Shown here in pieces: positions 57,018 to 64,000 of a DNA stretch of 64,000 bases. The stretch is taken from contig OY282374.1 of NCBI GenBank assembly GCA_958295815.1, positions 2,882,856 to 2,946,855 of the forward strand. Direction: 5' to 3'. Below the pieces are notes generated by a model that worked only from the letters and a program-made list of their open reading frames with translations, made no database searches and was not told the DNA's origin. Within the stretch, counting starts at the first letter, position 1, and each line of letters begins with the position of its first letter. The translations under genes were made by a program, and so were the position numbers. The stretch comes from Candidatus Poribacteria bacterium. GTDB lineage: Bacteria > Poribacteria > WGA-4E > WGA-3G.

Positions 57018-58115
57018 ATGGCAAAAGGCTCTGTTCATCCTTCGGAATCCCGGAATTTTTACGATCGTCGCACGGGTACGCACATCCGACAGGTGACCAG
57101 TGCGTCGGCTCTGCATCATCATCCTTTTTTTATCATACCCGCTTACGATGATGCGATGCAGCGGTTGATTTTTGTCTCGTATCGAACAGGGACACCACAG
57201 ATATTTGCGGAGGAGCGCGCCACGGGTGAACTTCGGCAATTGACGGACAGACCGGATATAAGCGAATGGTCAGTGCATCCTGGACGAAACGGGAAAGCGG
57301 TCTTTTTTACAGCAGGAACAAGTGGCTGGAAACTCGATCTGGAGACGCTTGAGGAACGAGAGCTTGTTGATTTCGCTGTGACGACGCTGCGGGAAGAGGG
57401 TATGGTCGCCGCTGCTATGGGTACGACCTCAGTGAGTCACGATGACCGGTGGTGGGCGGTTAGATTCAGCATCGGTAAGGAGTCTGCGCTCGCTATCGTA
57501 GACACAGAAACCGGTAAACACGATATTATCTTGCACAGGGACAGCATTGGGCATCTTCAATTTTGTCCTGATGACTCCAATTTACTCTACTACGCAGGTC
57601 CGCTTATGGATCGCGTGTGGGTTATCCATCGCGATGGGAGTGGAAATCGCCGTCTTTATGTACAAAACCTTGAAAAAAAGGAATGGATTACTCACGAAAC
57701 ATGGATTCCAGGAACTCGCGAACTCGCTTTTGTCGATTGGCCCCATGGGGTCCGTTGTGTCAACGTTGACACAGGTGTGGAACGACAAATAACAACCGTC
57801 AACGCATGGCATGCGATTAGCAATCGTACGGGAACGTGTGTGGTGGCAGATACGAACTTCCCGGACATCGGCATCCAAATTTTTGACCCACGCGACGGTA
57901 TTGGTGAACCACAGACGTTGTGTTATCCGTATGCTTCATCTATCGGTGAGCATTGGAACGGGCCTTTCCCGTACGCAGCGGGTCCAATCCAAGTTTATGC
58001 CCCTCAGCACACACATCCGCACCCTTCTTTCAGTCCAGACGGACAATATGTTGTATTTACATCAGACCGAAGTGGGTATGCCCAAATCTACGAGGCGACT
58101 ATTGGAACGACATAG
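57018..58115 (+). CDS. Oligogalacturonide lyase (Ogl, PL22-like)
   Basis: N-terminus MAKGSVHPSE...TGTHIRQVT and C-terminus HTHPHPSFSPDGQYVVFTSDRSGYAQIY parallel the E. chrysanthemi Ogl termini (MAKGKQ...TGTEVVRLT; ITHPHPSFTPND...LFTSD...IYIA). Confidence 0.7.
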   Translation: MAKGSVHPSESRNFYDRRTGTHIRQVTSASALHHHPFFIIPAYDDAMQRLIFVSYRTGTPQIFAEERATGELRQLTDRPDISEWSVHPGRNGKAVFFTAGTSGWKLDLETLEERELVDFAVTTLREEGMVAAAMGTTSVSHDDRWWAVRFSIGKESALAIVDTETGKHDIILHRDSIGHLQFCPDDSNLLYYAGPLMDRVWVIHRDGSGNRRLYVQNLEKKEWITHETWIPGTRELAFVDWPHGVRCVNVDTGVERQITTVNAWHAISNRTGTCVVADTNFPDIGIQIFDPRDGIGEPQTLCYPYASSIGEHWNGPFPYAAGPIQVYAPQHTHPHPSFSPDGQYVVFTSDRSGYAQIYEATIGTT

Positions 58116-58259
58116 AGATAAACAAAAGTAGGACAGTGCTTTTAATGTTCTACACTGCTGAGAAAAACACACAAGAAATTCATAGACAACACCTGCGAGA
58201 ATGTAAAGCAAAGACACATTATGCCATAATTGACATGATTTTCATAAAAGGAGAAAAAA

Positions 58260-59654
58260 ATGCCAGTTGTCATTCCCCGCCTGATTGTTGAAGTGTTCCA
58301 ACATACAAACTTCCGTGGCAGAATGGGGTATGTTGTAGAACCTGTTCAGTTTACAAGGGACATCGGATTTCAAGACAATATATCTTCCGTTCGTGTTTAT
58401 AAGGGTCCAAACTTTTCGTCGAACCCGAACTATAAGGTTATTTTTTTCCAACATCGCAATTTCCGTGGTCAAAAATTAGCACTCGGTCCGGGATTTTATC
58501 CGAATTTGCACGACGTCGCTTACAATTTCGCCGATAGAATTTCATCGATTAATTTCGGTTCCACATTAGAAGTTGTTGGACCAGAATGGGGCACGGTTCC
58601 AATGATTGTAGACTGCTATGAGCATGTCAACTTTCGTGGTAGAAAAATCACGATTCTACGCGATATTGCTAATCTGCGGGATGCGCAAGGCGGAACTTGG
58701 TTTGAAGATCGTATTTCGTCGATTCGCATTTTTAAAGGACCAGATTTTCCGCCAGAGGGTGCAGAAGTTGTGTTCTATGAACACCCTGACTTTGAAGGGG
58801 CACCGCTGGCGATTCGCATGGAGCCGATGGATTATAAGAAAGAGTTGCCTAATCTTCATCTACTACCTCAGAACTTTGGGGACTCCATCTCCGCTGTGAA
58901 GATTGAGGGTTGGGCATCCTCTGGAGAATTCACAGAGATGGTTTTTGAAGATGAGTTTATTGGCAACCGGATGCGTCCAGAATGGCGATGGGACGACCCG
59001 AAAGGCGGTGGCTCATGGGCAGAACGCCAAGGTTACTTGGAAATGCGAACTGAACCTGGGCAAGACCTCTGGCACGGTGCAGACGGTAGCGGTGGTGATA
59101 TGAGTGCGCCGCGCCTGATCATGGAAGTGAGAGGAGACTTTGCTGTCGAAACCCGCATGCGAATCTCGTCACAACTGAGAGAACACGGCGGTATACTGAT
59201 ATGGAAGAACCCGAACAGGTTTCTCCGTCTGGAGAAGACCTCTGGACCACACGCCTTCAGAGGCGATGTCCGATTTGAACGTCACGTTAACCGCGTTTTC
59301 CATCTACAGGGACGGAGCAGTGGACTTAGGGATGTGCGAGAACTCTTCTTACGCGTAGAACGTAGAGGCAACCAGTTTTCCGCTTTCGCCAGTGGTGACG
59401 GTATTCAGTGGAAAAGTTGCGGACAAACCAATGTGGGTATGGGAAATTCGGTCAATGTTGGGGTCCACTCACTGTGTCCGGGCAATATTCCACCAACACT
59501 AACACGTTTCGACTTTTTCCGAGTGTTCAAACGGAGGAGTGAAGTTGCTGAATATCGTCCTATGGGTGTTGGACGGCGCGGTCAAATTTCCGATGAAGAG
59601 CGCGAGCGTCGGATCGCTAATCGTCGAGAACGCGCGGGGCGCGACCTGTTCTAA
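58260..59654 (+). CDS. Beta/gamma-crystallin-repeat (x4) protein fused to a concanavalin-A-like (DUF1349-like) lectin/glucanase domain
   Basis: Four Greek-key repeats with the Y/F-x-H-x-N-F-x-G ... ISS[I/V] signature (VFQHTNFRGR..ISSVRV; FFQHRNFRGQ..ISSINF; CYEHVNFRGRK..ISSIRI; FYEHPDFEGAP..ISAVKI). C-terminal half GYLEMRTEPGQDLWHG...LIWKNPNRFLRLEK. Confidence 0.6.
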   Translation: MPVVIPRLIVEVFQHTNFRGRMGYVVEPVQFTRDIGFQDNISSVRVYKGPNFSSNPNYKVIFFQHRNFRGQKLALGPGFYPNLHDVAYNFADRISSINFGSTLEVVGPEWGTVPMIVDCYEHVNFRGRKITILRDIANLRDAQGGTWFEDRISSIRIFKGPDFPPEGAEVVFYEHPDFEGAPLAIRMEPMDYKKELPNLHLLPQNFGDSISAVKIEGWASSGEFTEMVFEDEFIGNRMRPEWRWDDPKGGGSWAERQGYLEMRTEPGQDLWHGADGSGGDMSAPRLIMEVRGDFAVETRMRISSQLREHGGILIWKNPNRFLRLEKTSGPHAFRGDVRFERHVNRVFHLQGRSSGLRDVRELFLRVERRGNQFSAFASGDGIQWKSCGQTNVGMGNSVNVGVHSLCPGNIPPTLTRFDFFRVFKRRSEVAEYRPMGVGRRGQISDEERERRIANRRERAGRDLF

Positions 59655-59778
59655 ACACACCCATTCTTTTGGGTTCCGATCTGAAACCCATTTATCCCGC
59701 GTGCTCATGAATCGAAACATTTAAGGTGAGGTGCTCGTGCCTCACATCACACTATTTTCCAGATCCAAGGAGGACATC

Positions 59779-60654
59779 ATGTTTGAAAAAGATAGCGTCT
59801 ATCGCCAGAAAGCATGTTTTATCAACAAGCAACGATTTTTCACAATAACCTTCCTCCTTCTCGCATTCTTGATATGGAATGCGCAGCCTGCCGATGCGAT
59901 CATCGGTGCGGTTGAAGATGGCTTAGTTGCCTACTGGACCTTTGACAAGGATACAGTAAAAATTAAAACGGAGGCGGTAGATCTGCTATCAGGATTAGCA
60001 GCTGCCGTCCATGGAGATCCTGAACTTGCCCCCGCTTCCGATTGCAAGGTTGGCGAGTGTGTTCTCTTCGATGGCAGTGTTGATCGGCTTCTTGTTGAGG
60101 ATTCAACACCACCGACAATCGATCGAGATTGGGAAGAGATTACCCTTGAGTGCTGGGTGTTTATCAATGCCTTAGACGATAGTTGGAACCGAATTATTTC
60201 ACTTGATGACATGCCTGCGAACACTGCAGTGGCAAGTCTGTACTACGATGACGATGATAACCAAAACGGCTTTTTTGTCCGTGCTGGCGGACAATCCACA
60301 CAAGCAGCACAGGATAATGTGCTGGAGGACATTGCACTCGAAGAGTGGTTACATCTCGTTGGGACCTATGATGGCTCAACGGTTCACTACTATGTGAATG
60401 GGAAATTAGAGAAAAAGTACGCCATGAAGGGTGGCAAACTTCCGAAGGGCGGGCTGCTTCTCGGCATCGGCGACCGGTCAGATGGCTGCGATTGCGATAC
60501 AATCCAGGGATATATTGATGAATTCCGTATCTATGACCGGGTCCTGAACTTAGCAGAAGTGGAAAATAACATGAATGCCACTGGGCTTGATGTTAGTCCT
60601 TCTGAAGATCATCTGAGTGTTACATGGGGACATATAAAGGCGCGACGGCGATAA
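59779..60654 (+). CDS. Secreted LamG/concanavalin-A-like lectin domain protein
   Basis: Signal peptide. LamG_3-like block WLHLVGTYDGSTVHYYVNGKL...GYIDEFRIYDRVL. Confidence 0.6.
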   Translation: MFEKDSVYRQKACFINKQRFFTITFLLLAFLIWNAQPADAIIGAVEDGLVAYWTFDKDTVKIKTEAVDLLSGLAAAVHGDPELAPASDCKVGECVLFDGSVDRLLVEDSTPPTIDRDWEEITLECWVFINALDDSWNRIISLDDMPANTAVASLYYDDDDNQNGFFVRAGGQSTQAAQDNVLEDIALEEWLHLVGTYDGSTVHYYVNGKLEKKYAMKGGKLPKGGLLLGIGDRSDGCDCDTIQGYIDEFRIYDRVLNLAEVENNMNATGLDVSPSEDHLSVTWGHIKARRR

Positions 60655-60708
60655 AAAAGCAATTCCACAATTGCGTTTGAAAACGTCGGTGTGGACGGAG
60701 ATAAATTT

Positions 60709-61716
60709 ATGGAAACGATTGGAGTTGGCGTTATCGGTTGTGGTGGCATGGGGAGAAGCCTCGCTACCAGTGCGCACGCTGTTGAAGGGATAGAGGTCGT
60801 CTGCGTTAGCGATGTGCAAGAAGCATTGTCAGAAAAACTTGCTGCAGACCTTGATGCATCTTATACATTGGATTACCATGAACTACTCGCCGATGACCAG
60901 ATTCGTGCTGTGCTGATAGCGTCACCACCGTTTATGCACTCGCCGATGGCGGTCGATGCTGCCAACGCAGGCAAACACGTCTTTTCTGAGAAACCGATGG
61001 CACCGACATTGGATGCTTGCGATGCGATGATTGCAGCTGCGGAAGAAAACGGCGTCAAACTCACAATCGGTTTGGTGTGCCGCTATCACGCGACGCACTC
61101 GAAAGTTCGTGAGATTGTGCAGAGCGGTGAACTCGGAGCACCTGCCTGTATGATGGTGCATCGTATTGGTGGACCGTGGCGTAGCGGATATAGTCACACC
61201 CCGTGGCGACTGGAACGTGCGAAATCTGGTGGGAGTCTCATGGAAATTAATGCCCACGAAATCGACTTTATGCGCTGGACATGCGGAGATGTAGCCTCTG
61301 TCTATGCTGCTGGTGGGCAGTATGGACCAGATAAGAGCGACTACCCAGATGTCGTGCTCGCCTCGTTGCAGTTTGAGAACGGTGCAGTCGGTTTGCTCCA
61401 TTCCAGCCATGTTTCCGCAGTTGGTGGATATGGTGGACGCGTTGATTGCGAAGGTGGATCGATTTATTTTCCGCAGATTTGGGGTGGCGATGCGACTATC
61501 CAGATTAAACCTTTTGAAGGCGAAGGACGGCAGATTAAAATAGCAGACATTACGGTGCCACCACCGGTTCAGGAGGAGATTCGCGTTTTCGCTGATGCGA
61601 TTCGTAATGATACATCTCCACCTATTACAGGATTAGACGGCCGCGCCGCAGCCGAAATCGCATTGGCAGCCTACCAATCCGCTGAGACCGGACAATCCGT
61701 TCCATTACCATTATAG
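60709..61716 (+). CDS. Gfo/Idh/MocA-family oxidoreductase
   Basis: IGVGVIGCGGMG Rossmann motif. EKP motif (FSEKPMA). Confidence 0.85.
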   Translation: METIGVGVIGCGGMGRSLATSAHAVEGIEVVCVSDVQEALSEKLAADLDASYTLDYHELLADDQIRAVLIASPPFMHSPMAVDAANAGKHVFSEKPMAPTLDACDAMIAAAEENGVKLTIGLVCRYHATHSKVREIVQSGELGAPACMMVHRIGGPWRSGYSHTPWRLERAKSGGSLMEINAHEIDFMRWTCGDVASVYAAGGQYGPDKSDYPDVVLASLQFENGAVGLLHSSHVSAVGGYGGRVDCEGGSIYFPQIWGGDATIQIKPFEGEGRQIKIADITVPPPVQEEIRVFADAIRNDTSPPITGLDGRAAAEIALAAYQSAETGQSVPLPL

Positions 61717-61734
61717 TTGTTAGAAGGAGGAAAG

Positions 61735-62673
61735 ATGAAAATATCAGTCTGGGATGGTGGACTTTCAGATAGCTATCTCAAACAGGTGACACAATTGGGT
61801 GCGGACTGCATTGACTTTGGAGGTGGGAATGCTTTTCCCGGTGTCGAAGAACAGGGCTACCCCGACTTGGATGAAGTGCTGAAAATCAAGAAACGGATAC
61901 GCTCCTGGGGTCTCGACATCAATCGCGTAACACTTCCGAATATCACAGAGAAATTCATGCAGGGGCAGCCCGGTGGCGAAATTGAACTGGAAAACACGTG
62001 TAATGCTCTGAAGGTCTTTGCTGAAGCGGGTGTGCCTATTGCCCGCCAGAGATTCTGGGGAGATACGTTTGATTATCTCATGACTCGCTACTCCTCGGTT
62101 CATAGAGGTGGTTATACCTCTCGTGGGGAAAGCCGTGCTGCGACCCAGGACCCGTCACCCACCCCGACGATGGAAGCACTCGACGAATGGTGGAAACGGT
62201 TCAGTGAAATCTATGGTGCACTTGTTCCTATCGCCGACGAGTACGAGATCAAACTTGCTATCCATCCATCAGATGTACCGAACCCAGACACACCACTGGG
62301 TGGTCTCGGCTTTCACCGTGTGATTGACGCCTTTCCGAGCAGAAATGTTGGCTACCTTTACTGTTGTGGCACCCGTGCTGAAGCAGGGGGCAGTGCTATC
62401 GTCCTTGACGAACTCAACAACTACGGACGCAAAGGACGTATTTTCATGGTTCACCTAAGGAACGTGCGCGGCAGTCTCGCAACAGCCGAGGCATTTGAGG
62501 AAGTTCTCCTTGATGACGGTGACATGAACGTTTTCAAAATCATCCGAGAGCTACAAAAGGTCGGGTTCGATGGATGTATCAATGCCGATCACATTCCGAG
62601 ATTGGAAGGTGATGTTGGCTTAGCCTATTCCGTCGGCTACATCAAGGCACTTTTCGCGGCATTAGTGGCGTAA
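61735..62673 (+). CDS. uxuA: Mannonate dehydratase (UxuA-like)
   Basis: GGAGG RBS. Blocks parallel E. coli UxuA (WDGG vs RWYGP; AIHPSDVPNPDTP vs AVHPDDPPRP; HLRNVRG vs HLRSTMRE; INADHIP vs MRPDHGH). Confidence 0.7.
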   Translation: MKISVWDGGLSDSYLKQVTQLGADCIDFGGGNAFPGVEEQGYPDLDEVLKIKKRIRSWGLDINRVTLPNITEKFMQGQPGGEIELENTCNALKVFAEAGVPIARQRFWGDTFDYLMTRYSSVHRGGYTSRGESRAATQDPSPTPTMEALDEWWKRFSEIYGALVPIADEYEIKLAIHPSDVPNPDTPLGGLGFHRVIDAFPSRNVGYLYCCGTRAEAGGSAIVLDELNNYGRKGRIFMVHLRNVRGSLATAEAFEEVLLDDGDMNVFKIIRELQKVGFDGCINADHIPRLEGDVGLAYSVGYIKALFAALVA

Positions 62674-62691
62674 CTTCACCCCAAGTTACCA

Positions 62692-62776
62692 CGGAATTCG
62701 GGGTTACAAACCCCTCCCACAATGTCATAATCACTTCAAATGCTTTGTTAAACGTTAGTAGCAACTTGAGTTAACT
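62692..62776 (+). repeat. 100-bp composite intergenic element, copy C (internal about 12-bp deletion)
   Basis: GGAATTCGGGGTTACAAACCCCTCCCACAATGTCATAATCACTTCAAATGCTTTGTTAAACGTTAGTAGCAACTTGAGTTA. Confidence 0.85.
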
Positions 62777-62781
62777 TTAAT

Positions 62782-63798
62782 GTGCATGTGTACACAATAG
62801 AACCTCTTACCTCTCAGAATCAGGACGAGTGGGATGCTGTTATCCGGCAATGTCCATATACGACTGCCTTCCAAAGCCTTGCGTGGCGAGATGCATTAGC
62901 AGGTGCCTTCAGACAACTCATCCCGGTCTACCTGCTTATCAAGCAAGAGAATTCGGTGATAGGTGGACTGCCAGCGTTCGTATTTCAACCGATACCGACT
63001 ATCCGACTATGGCAGTCAATGCCGTGGAACCTGTTCGGTGGTATCCATCTTACGGATTCAGTAGATGTGAACCCTGAAACAGTGGTAAAGTCGATCGAGA
63101 CAACAGCAGTGGAGAAGGGTTGGTGCGAGATCCGTTGGACATTGACACCAGAGCATACCGAAACTTACGGTGATTTTTTCACTAAAACAGGCTATGAACG
63201 CACAGACCATTTCACACACCTTTTGAAAACGGATGAGGACGTTGATACGCTCTGGCACGCCTATAACAAGCGGGTGCGGGGAGCCGTCCGAAAGGCACAG
63301 AAATCAGGTGTGGAGGTAACGGATACTAATAGTGAAGCGGCGTTCTCCACATTCTACGACATGTATCTCATGACCGTAAAACGGTTGGGAGGTACACCGA
63401 AGCCGCGTGCACTCATGCAGACTCTTCTACAGCAAAAAATAGCCAAACTTGCTATTGCTACGTATCGTGGCACTATCATCGCAGGACTGCTCTATTTGTG
63501 CTTTAACCGAACTGTGACGTTGTGGTGTGAGGCATCTGTGCCAGCATTCTTGAAATATCGCCCTAACAATGCGATTTTCCATCATATCATCACACAAGCG
63601 TGCCATGAAAAATATGAATGGGTGGATTTTGGTGCCTCACCATCAGAGAACACAGGACTCATTGCGCACAAGGAGCAGTACCGCGCTGTTCGGGCAGATT
63701 TCTCCAGTTACACAAAGGTCGTTTCACCACTGAAAAGGAATCTGTGGACGCAAAGTGAGGGAGTGCTTCGACAAATTTATACATGGATGCAGTGGTAG
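62782..63798 (+). CDS. FemAB-like/GNAT-fold acyltransferase (Acetyltransf_6-like)
   Basis: Length and the C-terminal GNAT-like core (…VDFGASPSENTGLIAHKEQY…) are consistent with FemAB/BioF2-like acyltransferases. GTG start. Confidence 0.5.
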   Translation: MHVYTIEPLTSQNQDEWDAVIRQCPYTTAFQSLAWRDALAGAFRQLIPVYLLIKQENSVIGGLPAFVFQPIPTIRLWQSMPWNLFGGIHLTDSVDVNPETVVKSIETTAVEKGWCEIRWTLTPEHTETYGDFFTKTGYERTDHFTHLLKTDEDVDTLWHAYNKRVRGAVRKAQKSGVEVTDTNSEAAFSTFYDMYLMTVKRLGGTPKPRALMQTLLQQKIAKLAIATYRGTIIAGLLYLCFNRTVTLWCEASVPAFLKYRPNNAIFHHIITQACHEKYEWVDFGASPSENTGLIAHKEQYRAVRADFSSYTKVVSPLKRNLWTQSEGVLRQIYTWMQW

Positions 63799-63907
63799 GA
63801 ATAGCGGTCAGCAGACAGCAGTCAGCAATCAGTGGAGAAATCAATCATTGAAAGTGAGCGTATCGAATCATCTACACCCCACAGCCAATTGAAAAATAGG
63901 ACAATTG

Positions 63908-64000
63908 ATGGAAACTATTCGTAAGCCTAATTTAATCTTTGTTTTCGGCGATCAGCACCGGCAGTGTGATGTCGGATGTGCAGGAAATCCTCAAGTGCAG
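63908..64000 (+). CDS. Sulfatase (partial, 5' end only)
   Basis: N-terminal sulfatase block KPNLIFVFGDQHR...GCAGNP, truncated by the window edge. Confidence 0.5.
   Translation, partial: METIRKPNLIFVFGDQHRQCDVGCAGNPQVQ

Overview
This window is bacterial chromosomal DNA at about 50% GC, dense with genes on both strands. By inference it comes from an uncultivated Gram-negative lineage, plausibly an FCB-group candidate phylum. That inference rests on a T9SS-type C-terminal sorting domain, a PorV-like barrel, a BamA/Skp/LpxD/Lnt/LolCDE outer-membrane toolkit, and GGGPS plus a UbiA-family prenyltransferase of the 'archaeal ether lipid' type.

The recognisable genes are:
- groEL, with no adjacent groES.
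- prfB, carrying the classic programmed +1 frameshift (CTT TGA C).
- lysS and lnt.
- lolC/E-lolD.
- ilvE.
- bamA-skp-lpxD.
- A UbiA prenyltransferase, a SpoU-methylase fusion and GGGPS(PcrB).
- grpE-dnaJ and prmA.
- A PIG-L deacetylase.
- A tandem-PurS fusion.
- A gluconolactonase.
- A pectin/uronate cluster: two Gfo/Idh/MocA oxidoreductases, a sugar-phosphate isomerase, an oligogalacturonide lyase, uxuA, and lectin-like proteins.
- A BatA-VWA / DUF4159 / giant coiled-coil membrane protein operon.
- An NFACT/RqcH homolog.
- Kelch, stomatin-like and dockerin-EEP proteins.

The most unusual content is non-coding:
- Two families of REP-like hairpin repeats, each with an adjacent CTAC tetranucleotide. 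One forms a 4x tandem array that the ORF track mistranslates as the N-terminus of lnt.
- A roughly 100-bp composite intergenic element in 3-4 copies.
- A roughly 290-bp tandem array of a second hairpin repeat, which is not a CRISPR.
- A shared promoter/operator module whose palindrome is TATAGAC-N4-GTCTATA. It sits upstream of three to four unrelated hypothetical genes: a HigA-N-domain-like protein, an HsdR_N / PD-(D/E)xK nuclease-domain protein, a secreted protein, and an AT-rich (about 30% GC) orphan gene that is followed by a translationally coupled pair of small genes.

These candidate regulon/island loci are the best leads for something undescribed. All functional calls come from reading motifs in the sequence by eye; I ran no database searches.
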